DNA of 64,000 bases from Daphnia carinata (taxonomy: Eukaryota): positions 434,001-498,000 of the forward strand of contig NC_081334.1 in assembly GCF_022539665.2 (NCBI RefSeq), in the 5' to 3' direction. Shown piece by piece: positions 10,531 to 23,225 of the stretch. Below the pieces are notes generated by a model. It saw nothing but the letters and a program-made list of their open reading frames with translations. It had not been told where the DNA came from and ran no database searches. How positions within the stretch are numbered: position 1 is the first letter of the stretch; the number at the start of each line of letters is the position of its first letter. A program made the translations under genes and the position numbers.

Positions 10531-13329
10531 ATGACTGATAATATTTTCCACGGTAGGCCTAAACTTTCTCGTACGCCTGTTGCCGCTACTAACATTTCTG
10601 TTGAGCCTACTATACCTATTGACGAATCTGTAGCGAGAGCTATAAATTTTGAAGCATTACCCACTGCTAATTCTGCCGTTACTGATAAGTTTACGGGGTG
10701 TAAGACTTCCGATAGGAAAACAAACGCTATCAAAAAGTCCGCTTCCCCTGTTTTAAAACCAAGAGCGATTCCTGATAGCTCTCAGAAGAGGAAGTTAAGA
10801 TCAAATTCCGCATACGAGTCGGTACCTGGTCTAGACATTTCGAACGCTCGCAAACCTCAGGTCCAGCGCACAGAGAAAACCTCGACTATTACGAAGTCAC
10901 CCTCCCTTTTAGACAGAATTGTAGGACATCTTTCGCCAAAACGAAGGTCCGTTTCCCAGCAAACTTCTCCCACCAAATCTTTCTCGATCGCTGTTTCGAA
11001 TTTCTTTTCGGAAAAGAGAGCAGCCAATGGAAGAACAGCTCAACGTGAGTCTCAAGCATCTTATGCAAGAAGTCAAAAAGAACGAAAACAACATCTTTCA
11101 GTCACCGAAAAGCCAGCTGCCGTTCCTATTACTAACCCTCCAAAGCCTCAAGGAGAGGGAGAAGGATTTTCAGTCAAGCGACCCGAAAATCTGGGATCAC
11201 CTTGTCCAGTTGATGCTCGACGTCCAGAGGAATTACCACGTGGAACAGCCAACGCAGACGAATTGGAAACAACCGAGGATTCTCCTGAAGTACCTGACAT
11301 CCATTCTGGAAGTGAAAGTCAGTGGACCGATACCGAAGAAGACGAAGAAGCAGACAGGGGAGGTTGTGACGGAGCTCAAGGGGATTTTCACCCGGCACGC
11401 GAGACAGGTTTTGACTTGTCTACACGGTCAAATCTACAATCTCATCGATCTGCAAAAGATCACACCAACGAGAGCGGGAAGAATTTTCGGGTTCGTTCCG
11501 AGAAAAGATATCGAAACCACCGACGAGGACGGCAGATACGTGGAGATAATCACCGTAGTGAGCGACATATCAATTCATCTGGAAGAAATCTTACTGGCAT
11601 CACAACGAGCATTCTTGAAGGAAGTGAACAACCTAGCGTCGTACCTGGAAAAACTAAACTTAATCAACAATTTGGAGGTGCTGCAACCAGAAATTCAACT
11701 TCTCTTGGACAAACTGAACAATTTTCCGGAAGCCAACAACCCAGTCAACGCACAGGAGGCCAACAACATCAAACCACTAATCACGCAAACGGAAATACGA
11801 TTGAAACAAGCGCTGTTGTGCATACAAACGAACATTACCCAACTACAAGCCACACTGGCCCAACACACATCGCCGCTGTCGGAAACAACCTCGCAAGAAC
11901 GGCGGACACACAGCAGACGCCAACGTTGCAGACGATCAATCAATCGAATCGTTCTTCACATCCAACCCTCCAGCCGACCGGAAGAGATACCAGAGGGCAT
12001 CAGGCAATTTCGAGTGGCATTCCAGAACTCCCTCCGAATCCACAACGAAGAACAATAAATTTCCCTTCATTTAATCCAAACATGGCTAGTTCTTCATCCC
12101 CATCACGGGCAGCCACGGTCAACGACTTGAACGATCTTCAGACTACCCAACATACCTTCGCGCGCTTACAACTGCTTCCTTCTTTTTCAGGGAGTCCAAT
12201 TTCTCGTTTTGATTCCTGGATCGAATCCTTTGAAAGCGTAGTTGAGGGGTCAGGATGGTCAGAGGAGAAGGTTATTCAGATGTTGCGAGCAAAAATGACT
12301 GATAAGGCTTTTTCCGTAGTGCAAAATATTGTCAAAGATCATCCTCATGACTATACGTCTATTAAAGAAGCTTTACTTGATCACTTTCACGGGGACGAAA
12401 ACGTTGACTTGTATATTAAGAAATTTAATAAGGCTAAACGGAAACCGGGAGAAAAAATAATTGATTATGCTCATCGTCTTCAGGAAATCTTTAAAAAAGC
12501 GTATCCTGTAGGCCATATCGAGCGTTCCTCTTCAATTATTCTCATGCAGAAATTTATCGAAGGTTTGGATTCCAAGTTACAGGCGAAAGTTAAGTACAAA
12601 GAATTTGGCGACTTTAACGCACTGGTTGCAGCGACACGCGTTTATGCTGTTCGCTTGGAAGCACTCGAATCTGACCGTGAAAAACATGAGTTTGTTAGGG
12701 CGATCGACGAGTCGAAAGGTGCAGAAAATACTGAATTGCATGAGATTAAGCAGATGTTAATCGATTAGAAAGCAATAGTCAATCAGGCCGTCGCAAATAT
12801 ACGTCAAGGGAACAAGATCGTAGACACTCCGAAATCGGAGAAGGGTGAAATTAAAGATGCGCTGCGCGAGCTCAGTCAGGCGGTCAAACAACTCCAAATT
12901 AATAAGAAGGATAATGTTTCTTCTTCGGCGGGTGCCCCATATAAAAAAAGGGTCTCATTTCAAACAGGCAACGGCAATCGGGAAAGAAACTGGAAGACAA
13001 ACCCTCCACCTTTCCCCAATAGTAACACCCACCCGTATCAAGGAGATAAGAACCAAAATAGGCCTACAAATTATATGCCATCTTCGCCAAGATCTAGTCA
13101 TAATCCGAACAATGGGCCTACTGAGAATGCAATAACTTGCAACTATTGTGGGTTTCGGGGTCACACACAATCGGAGTGCCGTAAATTTCAACGGTATATG
13201 TTGGAACAAGCACAGCCCCCAATTTGCTATTCTTGCCGTGAGATCGGCCATAAATCGAACAATTGTCCCAAGTATAGGGCCAGTAGGCCTAATATTCCGG
13301 GTCCCCCTCAACATCAGGGAAACCAATAA
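10531..13329 (+). CDS. Element B gag: long low-complexity N-terminus, capsid region, two CCHC knuckles; one internal TAG at 12766-12768
   Basis: ORFs 10531-12768 and 13075-13329 are in the same frame. Capsid-like FSGSPISRFDSWIESFE..KRKPGEKIIDYAHRL; knuckles CNYCGFRGHTQSEC and CYSCREIGHKSNNC. Confidence 0.85.
11027..12058 (+). CDS. Overlapping alternative-frame ORF in element B, helical/coiled-coil protein of unknown function
   Basis: A 343-codon ATG-initiated ORF lying entirely within the open gag frame, with Leu/Glu/Gln heptad-like composition. Confidence 0.55.
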   Translation: MEEQLNVSLKHLMQEVKKNENNIFQSPKSQLPFLLLTLQSLKEREKDFQSSDPKIWDHLVQLMLDVQRNYHVEQPTQTNWKQPRILLKYLTSILEVKVSGPIPKKTKKQTGEVVTELKGIFTRHARQVLTCLHGQIYNLIDLQKITPTRAGRIFGFVPRKDIETTDEDGRYVEIITVVSDISIHLEEILLASQRAFLKEVNNLASYLEKLNLINNLEVLQPEIQLLLDKLNNFPEANNPVNAQEANNIKPLITQTEIRLKQALLCIQTNITQLQATLAQHTSPLSETTSQERRTHSRRQRCRRSINRIVLHIQPSSRPEEIPEGIRQFRVAFQNSLRIHNEEQ

Positions 13330-13382
13330 GTATCAACTGTAACTTCGGGTCAGTTGATAGGGTACCTCAGTTGAAATCCCGA
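13317..13382 (+). promoter_or_regulatory. Programmed -1 ribosomal frameshift signal (gag-pol) of element B
   Basis: G GGA AAC at 13317-13323 in the gag frame, a 7-nt spacer, then stem TATCAACTG (13331-13339) / CAGTTGATA (13351-13359). The -1 frame is open into pol. Confidence 0.85.
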
Positions 13383-15601
13383 CAAGTTGCGAAATTAACA
13401 ACAATAATAAACGAATCGACCCCCAGAATTCCATTACAAATTTTTCAGATCCCTTTACAGGCATTATTTGACACAGGCGCGTCTAGAAGCATAATTCACG
13501 AGAAGATATTTCAAAAGCTTCCCTCGAGAAATCAAGTAACCTGCAGTCAGCTTGATTTCGATTTATACGATGTGGGAGATAACAAGTTGCATACGCTGGG
13601 TAAAGTTACATTGCCCGTACGTTACGGAGAGTCCGTTTTACGGCAAGAGTTCATTGTTACAAATGGTGTTTCTGAAGACTGTATCCTTGGATGGGATGCA
13701 ATCCAGAAACACGGGTTTCGGCTTGACGGAGAAGCCAAACGTATTTACTTAGCCAGGGATGAGCAGGGATCAGCCATCTCTAGGGCACCAGACATGGCAA
13801 TTACGACGGTCAAAAACACGACGCTATTTCGTCAGACGGCGCTCGTAATCGCAGCGCAAATGACAGGTTCATTTCCGTATGTCCCCCCTAATAGCACATT
13901 TATCTTTACCCCAGCAGAGGATTTGCCGGCCGGTATTTTTATTGAAGAATTTGTTGGAACTGTATCGGGAGATGGGAAATATCAAATTATGGTCGAAAAT
14001 CATTCGTTAAGTCAAGTCATACTTCCTAGGAATACAACCTTAGGCCAAATCGAAGTAATTCATAACGTAATTGGTAAGATTGCCTTACGTCAACCAGAGG
14101 GAAAGCCTACACAAAAACGGGAGCTAGCTTTAATTTCGGAAGTCGACGCTGAATTTCAAGCTCCGCTCTCAAGTTTATTAAATGACTTTCATGACTTGTT
14201 CGTAACAAAAGACTCGGAATTAGGGAGCACTAATCTCATTAAGCATACGATCGATACCCAAGGAAGAGGCCCTATCCGGCAACGACCCTATCGAGTTACG
14301 AACCACCAAAGAAAGATACTGGAGGATAAAGTGCAGGAAATGATGGACGCAAATGTAATACAATATTCTCATTCTCCATGGGCGTCACCTGTGGTTTTGG
14401 TTGAGAAGAAAGGCGGAGACGTGAGGTTTTGCGTTGATTATCGGAAATTAAATAGCATTACAAAAAAAGATTCATTCCCTATGCCAAGGATTGATGAGAC
14501 GTTAGATAAATTATATGGGAAGAAATTTTTTACGACCCTCGATTTGGCCTCCGGCTACTGGCAAATTCAAGTGAATGAACCAGACATTGAAAAAACCGCT
14601 TTTGTAGTAGAAAACAATCTTTACGAGTTTAAAAGGATGGCGTTTGGCTTGTGCAATGCACCTGCCACATTTCAAAGATTAATGAATTATGTACTGAAAG
14701 ACGTTTTGGGACATAAAGCGTTAGTTTATTTGGATGACGTCATAATATTTTCGGATACCTTTGATAATCATTTAACAGATATTCGCGAAATTTTCACTTT
14801 ATTGAAAAATGCCAATTTGAAATTAAAGCTTAAGAAATGTCAATTCGTTAAACGTTCTGTAAATTATTTGGGCCACGTCATTTCGACTGAGGGAATTAAA
14901 CCTGATCCTGGAAAAATCGACAAAATATTAAATTACAAAACGCCTACTTCTGCCGATGAGGTGAGGTCATTTCTCGGCTTAGCAGGTTATTATAGGAGAT
15001 TTATTCCCAACTTTGGTTCAATGGCAAAACCTCTGACTAGGTTAACTCACAAAGACCTTAGTAAAAGACCTTTTACCTGGGGGGACGAAGAACAAGTCGC
15101 GTTTGTAAAGTTGCGGACATCCCTGGTTACACCGCCGGTTCTCGCATATCCAAATTTTAATGAAAAATTTATTCTTTTCACTGACGCATGCGACTATGGT
15201 ATTGGGGCCGTCTTATCTCAAATGCAAAACGGTCAAGAGCACCCGATAGCGTACTCCAGTAGGCAGTTAACCAAGGCGGAAATGAAGTATAGTACAACCG
15301 AAAAAGAAGCTCTGGCAGTCGTGGATGCCATTAAACATTTCCGTCACTATCTCTTGGATAAACCCTTTGAGATAATTAGTGACCATCGTCCTTTGCAGTG
15401 GCTTAAAAATCAGAAGGATAATAATGGAAGGTTAGGGAGGTGGGCCATTTTATTGGCTGCAACAAATTATGAATTAAAATATAGGCCAGGCCATGTTCAC
15501 CAGAACGCGGACTGTTTGTCTAGATTAAAAATAGCTAGCATTCAAGCTGGGAAGGATATTAAATTGATCTGCGAAAAACAACAAGAGGACGACCTCTGTA
15601 T
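13317..15601 (+). CDS. Element B pol, 5' part (protease, RT, RNase H), cut by Copia C
   Basis: LFDTGAS, RFCVDYRKLN, LDLASGYWQ, YLDD, FTDACDYGIGAV, SDHRPL. Confidence 0.95.
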
Positions 15602-15992
15602 TGTTAAGAATATCAGCCACGTCACAACGCATCGCCCACCAGATGGCACTGAATGCAATAGAGAAGCTGCCGTTCTCTACACAGCCTTCATGGATGCTGT
15701 TAAACACCTCCCCTGTCTACTTAATCATCGTCTGCTGCGCCGTCATCACGCTCTGTCTGACGGCTGCCCCTTTATCTCTCAAGTGATTTATTTCTCTAGA
15801 ACTAACGCTGAGTTCACTTTCTCAATACTCACATGGTAAATATCAAATACTTCATATTGTATGTACATTGATGCAGATATGAGATTGTTAGATATTTCAT
15901 GTACCTGTGCAAAGAATACAGAAGCCTCGCTCTCATATCCTTGTGTATCTAACAGGTTATGGGCCCAGTACCTTCAACCAGTTATACTCAAG

Positions 15993-16990
15993 ATGAATTC
16001 TATGCGAGATGTCAACCATATTGCCAAATTTAATGGGCAAAATTTCCCACTATGGAAACTTGGGCTCTGGATCCTACTCCAACAACACGAGCTGGTCAAA
16101 GTTGTAACTGGAGAAGAAACCGTCCCTGTTGAGGTACATTGTAACACAATTACACATTCCAACAGATGATCTTATTGTTTCCAATCGATTTGTAGACAAC
16201 ATCAGATGGAACTGTTACTAATGCTGCTGCTATATCAGAATGGCATACCAAAGATACACTTGCCCGTGGATATCTAATATCCACTATTGAGAGCCAACAA
16301 CAGAGATCTCTGATCAATTGTAACACAGCCAACGAGATGTGGGTTCGTCTATCGGCTCAATACCTCAGGAATGCTGTCGAGAATCGTTACGTCCTACAAG
16401 CAAGATTTTTCGAATACCGCTACAACCCCGACCATGATATTATGGCACACATCACAGAAATAGAAACAATGGCCACTCAACTCACAGACATCGGAGCAGA
16501 AATCGATAGTATTTCTATTATAACCAAAATAATCTGTACGTTGCCACCCAGCTATCGGAGTTTCATTACGGCTTGGGACAGCGTCCCATTTACAGATAGA
16601 ACAATGGCCTTACTTACATCTCGGCTACTAAAAGAGGAAGAAATGGCCAAACGATGGAGCACCGGTCGTCCGGACGCCCAAGATGCTGCTTTCTTCGCAC
16701 ATCACTTCCCATCTCACTCACAAGTTCCCAACTCCTCATATGTAACACGTGATCGTGAACGTGGAAGGCGTGGCAGTTCGGGCAACCGTTCTCATAGCAG
16801 ACAACAACTTTACAGATTCTGCACTTATCGTCGCTGCAACATCGCTGGACACACACTTGAAATTTGTCGAAAAAGAATCAGAGACGAACGAGAAGCATTA
16901 AGAAACAAGAATAACTTCACTGCTACCCCTGCCGTTACAAACCAAGAAGAAGGAATAGTAAAAGCACCACGAACAGCATCTCGAAGATGA
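15993..16990 (+). CDS. Copia C gag, join(15993..16133,16196..16990), with a 62-nt GT-AG intron
   Basis: Exon 1 MNSMRDVNHIAKFNGQNFPLWK...VPVE splices in phase 0 to TTSDGTVTNAAAISEWHTKDTLARGYL..MWVRL. The product is collinear with the intronless gag of Copia D. Confidence 0.8.
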
Positions 16991-19900
16991 GGCGTATCTA
17001 TCTTCTTCATGTTTCACTGAACGAAGTGTTAAAGATTGGTTTGCAGATTCAGGATGCACACAGCATATGACCGACCAACGCTCCCTTTTCTGCAATTTCA
17101 CTCCAATCTTATCCGACACGTGGACTGTTAATGGAATTGGCTCTTCCCGTCTGCTTGTACGGGGATATGGAAATATTGAATTCATCGTAACGACTGGTGA
17201 CACACAACGAGTAATCAACATTGCCAAAGTCCTCTATGTACCACGTCTAGGTACCAATCTCATTTCTATTGCTGCAGTTACCGACGTAGGTCTGTCGGTC
17301 CACTTTGTTGAAACCAAAGTAACTTTTGAGAAAAATTTAGCCATCATCATGATAGGCGAACGAATCGGGAAGAGCCTCTATCATCTCTCAATAGTTCCAA
17401 AGCTATCAGATAATCAGCCCCTGAAGGAGTCAGCCTGTTTAGCAACTCCGTCACCAAACTCGATCACCATATGGCATCAAAGGCTGGCGCACGTAAGCTA
17501 CAAAACTATTTTTAATATGGCAACAAAACAACTGGTCGACGGTCTTCATCTACCGAAAAACACCACCCCTCCAACTCAACCGTGCATAGGATGCATTTCT
17601 GGTAAAATGCAGCGTTCACCATTCCCAGTTGGACGGAGCAGAGCAAATGAAGTTGGACAACTGGTCCATTCCGATGTATGTGGCCCCATGCACATATCCA
17701 CACCGGGAGGGGCAAAGTTTTTTGTGCTGTTCACCGATGACTTCAGCGGGTGGCGAGCCGTTTACTTCCTAAAACAAAAGTCCGAGGTAGCCGAATCTTT
17801 CAAAAGCTTTGTGAGCGTTCTTCGTAGTGAAACAGGACGCCTCGTACACACACTGAGAGTGGATAACGGTGGCGAATTCATGAGTCATTCATTCAAAACC
17901 TGGCTATCAGACAAAGCCATCAGGATGGAATCCTCAGCACCCTATTCACCGGAGCAAAATGGAGTCTCGGAAAGAGCTAACCGCACGATCATGGAAGGTG
18001 GGCGCTCTCTAATTCACGCCAAACATCTACCATTGGAACTGTGGGGAGAAGCCATTGCCTGTACTGTATATGTTCTTAATCGTGTCAGCAATAGTACGTC
18101 TTCAACAACACCTTACCAAGCTTGGCATGGGAAAAAACCTAACATCTCTCATCTACGTATCTTTGGATCGCTTGCCTTTATTCACATTCCAAAAGTAGAA
18201 AGACGCAAATTAGAATCCAAAAGCTTCCAGTGCTTCTTCGTTGGATACTCACTCACCCAAAAGGCATATCGATTTTGGGATCCAGTCGGTAGAAAAATTA
18301 AAATAAGTCGGGACGTCATCTTTGATGAAAACTCTAACACTTTATCTCGTTTTTCTCCTCAAATAGAAACTAACAATTTCGATGAGCTTTTTTCAAGACC
18401 GGTCAACCTTACAACACCAGCCCAAGAGAAAATCAACCCTGTCATCATGATACCCCAGGTTTTAGAAGAAACCAAGAACGAAACAGAATCATCATCTATT
18501 ACCCCGGAACTCTCAGGCAGTCCAGCAGCTAATCTACAGCACACCTCACACCAAGTGGAAGCCGAGTCCGACCCTTCTTCATCAAGCATAGAGACAATAC
18601 TTACCGAAACCAACACCCACAATGATGTACCCTCATCTATACGCTGCTCCCCATACCCTTTACGAGTGCGTGAGCCAAAACGCCAATGGAAATCTCTGCA
18701 GTCAACTGTCACTCAACGCACAGAAATTTACGAGCCAACTACCTATTCTGATGCGATGGAATGTGATGATGCACTTCAGTGGAAAGTGGCTATCCAAGAT
18801 GAGTATGATTCGCTGATACGCAACGGGACATGGTATCTCTCTCCACTCCCACAGAATCGAAAAGCCATAAAATCACGCTGGGTGTTTAAAGTGAAACCGG
18901 GCACCGTAGACTCCCCTCCACGTTACAAAGCAAGATTAGTTGCCAAGGGGTTCTCACAACGACCCGGAATCGACTTTGAAGAAACATTCTCGCCAGTTGT
19001 AAAACATGATACACTTCGAATAATTTTATCTCTTGTCGCCAGTCTTGATTTAGATATGTCGCAGCTTGATGTCAAGACGGCGTTTCTATATGGGGAACTG
19101 GACGAAGAAATTTATCTTCAACAACCCGAAGGATATATTTCCCCCGGTCAGGAAAACTATGTTTGTCGGCTACAGAAATGCCTGTACGGTCTTAAACAGG
19201 CCTCAAGAATATGGAATCGTCACTTTGATAGATTTTTGAAGAAATTTGGCTTACAATCTAGTAACGCAGACCCATGCCTTTACTCTCGCCGCAACAACAA
19301 TGAAATCCTCTTTGTTGTCATCTGGGTTGACGATGGTCTTGTCATCAGCAACAATCGAAATCTGGTAACTGAAATAATTGATTACCTAAGCAAGATTTTT
19401 GAAATGCGGTGCACTCCCGCTAACTACTTTGTCGGTATGTCCATCAATCGAAGCCGAAAAGACAAAACCTTATTCATTTCACAACCAGATTACATTAAAA
19501 AAATCCTTAATCGTTTCCACATGACAGACTGCCATCCTAAAAATATTCCAGCACAACCCGGATACCACCTGACTCAAAATGTTGGAGAGGAGTTTCTAAG
19601 CAACGTGCCATACAGGGAAGCGGTCGGGAGTCTAATTTACCTGGCGATAGTATCTCGCCCAGACATCTCATTTGCTGTTGGCCAAGTGGCACAATTTTCA
19701 GAAAACCCACAACAACATCACTGGGCAGCAGTTCGGAGAATATTTGCATATCTCAAAGGTACACAGGAACATGGAATTCGCTTCGGCCCGACAAACGACC
19801 GCTTAATTGGATACACTGATTCGGATTTCGCTGGGGATACGGCAAGCCGAAGATCAACCACGGCATTTATTTTTCTTCTTAACGGCGGACCAGTAGCATG

Positions 19901-20285
19901 GACTAGCCGTCGCCAATCTTGCGTTGCATTGTCCTCCACGGAATCTGAATTTGTAGCTGCCTGTGAGGCCACGAAGGAAGCAGTCTGGCTCAAACGCCTG
20001 ATGGAAGACATATCACCTGGATGGATTGAAACTATCCCCTTAATGTGTGACAATCAGTCAGCCATCCAACTCATCAAAAATCCGGTTTTCCACCAAAGGA
20101 CCAAACACATTGATGTAAAATATTACTTCATTCGCGATCGACAAGAAACCGGCGACATTAACATCTCGTATATATCCACAAACGATCAGCTTGCGGATCC
20201 CTTGACTAAGAATCTACCTAATCCCCGTTTTTCGGCACTACGGGAATTAATGGGAATTGTACCTGTCCCACCAAAACTAAACTAA
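16963..20285 (+). CDS. Copia C pol (protease, integrase, RT, RNase H)
   Basis: WFADSGCTQHM, WHQRLAH, HSDVCGP, RVDNGGEF, YKARLVAKGFSQ, WVDD, YTDSDFAG, RTKHIDVKY. It is offset from gag by +1 near 16960. Confidence 0.95.
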
Positions 20286-20861
20286 TTTCTTTTTTATTAT
20301 TTTAGATGGTGGTAGAATCCATATAACAGAAGTACAACTATATATGCTATCACCATCACTGAAGCAGTATCAATTCAATTCAAAGAATCAAGAAGAAGAT
20401 CTACTCACCTCACTATTATTTGCATTATTTCTTTCTTCTCTGTTGTCTTTTTCAACTTTGAGTTTGTGTTCTTGTGTTCTCTTCCATTCTTACATGTCTG
20501 AGAGGGAGTGTTAAGAATATCAGCCACGTCACAACGCATCGCCCACCAGATGGCACTGAATGCAATAGAGAAGCTGCCGTTCTCTACACAGCCTTCATGG
20601 ATGCTGTTAAACACCTCCCCTGTCTACTTAATCATCGTCTGCTGCGCCGTCATCACGCTCTGTCTGACGGCTGCCCCTTTATCTCTCAAGTGATTTATTT
20701 CTCTAGAACTAACGCTGAGTTCACTTTCTCAATACTCACATGGTAAATATCAAATACTTCATATTGTATGTACATTGATGCAGATATGAGATTGTTAGAT
20801 ATTTCATGTACCTGTGCAAAGAATACAGAAGCCTCGCTCTCATATCCTTGTGTATCTAACA

Positions 20862-22528
20862 TGTATAGCCATCAAGAATTATCTAGAAGAAGGAGAGCTG
20901 GATGAAATTTTTAAATTGTCCAAACCCGAGTGGGTAGAATACTTTATAGACGGGAACTGCCATCTCAGAGTAATAAAAGGAACGACACCCATCATCAATT
21001 AGTTTTGCCATTATCCCTACGCCACCTAGTGCTTAAAGAATTACACGACGCACCGATGGGTGGCCATTTGGCATTTTATAAGACCTATATGAAAGTCAAA
21101 AATAATTATTATTGGCCCAACATGAGAGGCGATGTTAAAGAATATTGCCGGGCTTGTGAAGTTTGCATAGCCAACACTGCTTCACCCTATCGAGCACTTT
21201 TGCATCCGCACGAAATTGCGAAGGCTCCTTTTGATGTAATTGGAATGGACTTTCTGGGTCCTATTACACCAGTTTCGCCCAATGGTAATAGTTACATTTT
21301 AGTTATTACAGATTATTTTAGCCGTTGGGTTGAGGCTGTTGCTTTAAAAGATCAAACTGCTCAGACAACAGCAGAATGTGTATATAAAACTGTTATTGTT
21401 AGACATGGTATGCCTAAGGCAATTATTTCTGATCGTGGGACAAATTTCACGTCCAAGTTATTTCGCTATTTTTGTAAAAAAATTGAAGATCAATCAGAGG
21501 TTAACCACCGCTTATAACCCTGCTAGTAATGGGGAGACGGAAAGGTTCAATCGAACTTTAACGTCTATGTTAAGAAAAGAATTAAAAGACGGCGAGCATG
21601 CCAATTGGGAAGAAATATTAGATGATGTTTTATTTGCGTATCGTAGCTCGGTCCACTCTTCGACATTGGACACTCCATATTATTTACTTCACGGTAGGGA
21701 CCCAAATATTCCTATTAACGAATTTCTTAATGCATCTCCCAAAACATTCAAATCTTCTTCTGACTATGTTGGGAATCTGACAGAACGTTTGCGTTATAGT
21801 TTTCAAAGAGTTAGAGAGGAAAGCGAAAAAGCTAGAAAGCGCCAAAGGGAACAATATAACAAACGCGCGAAAGAAAAACGATATGTGATAGGCGATCGGG
21901 TGTTATTGGATATTCGAGTAGTTAAGGAAGGAGATAGCAAGAAATTTACTTCGAAATATAAAGGGCCTTATAGAATAGTAAACGTTTATTCAAATAATAC
22001 TGTAGACATTGCTGATAATTCATATATATGTCAGCGGACGCATGTAAATAGATTAAAACCCTTGTATGAAACAATGCTGTGGAAACATGAGCATTGTCCG
22101 CCACTTGAGACCCCTTTGGAATTCGAGAGCCGATTCCGAAAGTCTATTGCGACTCAAACTAATGTGCGTGAACACGAGCCCGATGTCGAAACCGCAAGGC
22201 AACAAAACACCGAGTCCGAAGCCGTATCAGAAGTGATATCAGACACTTATTCGGCAAATCATCAACTTGTGCGAGAAGACAATGTGATCGGCCCGTCTCA
22301 TCTGTCGTTCGAAGGACGATTAACCTCGAGTGACAATTGCGATGTGACGAGTGATGCTCAGCATCCAATGCCACTTTCCGAAAATACTCCTATATACGCT
22401 GATAGTGATTCCGACCTTCAACAAGTAGAGCCCAAGATGATGTGACAGCAGCGTTATTGCATCAAGAAGTCACCCGACGCCCTCAGCGAAATCGGAGAAA
22501 ACCGATTCGTTACAGGGACGAAATGTAG
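20862..22528 (+). pseudogene. Element B integrase, frameshifted
   Basis: HHCC zinc finger LHDAPMGGH..CRACEVC, core IGMDFLGP..ISDRGTNF..NGETERFNRTL, GPY/F motif KYKGPYRI. Frameshifts near 20930, 21480 and 22440. Confidence 0.92.
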
Positions 22529-22700
22529 CGTCATCATACATCATAGTTTCGATTGCCGAACCAATACCGAGTGATTACTATATAAACCGTACGTTAAGTG
22601 AAGGAAGACACAACTTCTTGTACTCTCTGAGAACAACGACGACAACTGTTCTGTCTGGTTTGCCATTTCTCCACGTACAAAGAAGCGTTAAGAAGCCAAC

Positions 22701-23225
22701 ATGGACAACAAGTCTGAATCCATCTCTGAGCCCGTGACCAACGACTGGATACCTATGGTATCCATCCCACTCCCCGTCGCGGAGGCCCTCTTGGTAGACC
22801 TCACGACGTCGTCCGGAGATGCCTCGACGGCCGAACGTGACGCGCCGGATTCGCCAGATCCCTCACCAATCGACGACGAGGAGACCGCGGCCCGTAACCC
22901 GCCGGGGACGTCCGAGATGGAGGATGCCATCGATTTTAGCCGCGGCAGACCCCGCACCTCGGACTGGCACCTCGATGCAGCCTGGGAGCAGAAGCAGCTG
23001 GAAATCAAGACAAATCAGTTGATCGCCCGTCTTCTCATCACCCTGTATGACAAGAAATAGAGTGACGCCGTCTTCACCCTAAAGGCGATCCTCGACCTGG
23101 ACCCCGAAAGGCGCCATCCACCGCTCTATGGTTGGACATCGTGCCACTGGGACTTGCCCGAGAAGAGACCCAGCACGGACGATCAACAGAAGGACCCCAA
23201 CGCAAAGAAGCCGAGATACTTCTAA
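22701..23225 (+). CDS. Element B accessory ORF (acidic N-terminus, basic C-terminus) with one internal TAG at 23058-23060
   Basis: The frame stays open past the TAG as SDAVFTLKAILDLDPERRHPPLYGW...EKRPSTDDQQKDPNAKKPRYF*. The ORF is GC-rich, preceded by TATATAAA (22579-22586) and followed by AATAAA (23423-23428). Confidence 0.55.

Larger units (their letters stand above)
15602..20861 (+). mobile_element. Element C: Ty1/copia LTR retrotransposon inserted in B pol
   Basis: LTRs are 353 bp at 15602-15954 and 20509-20861, with no difference seen. The TSD is TGTAT (15597-15601 / 20862-20866), and removing C restores B's DLCIAIKNYLEE. PBS GGTTATGGGCCCAG is the copia-type internal initiator tRNA-Met site; PPT is GAGAGGGAG. 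Confidence 0.97.

Noticed and set aside
15602..15839. C-terminal tail of the 822-aa pol ORF
   Set aside because: It is read-through into the Copia C LTR; the real pol continues at 20862.
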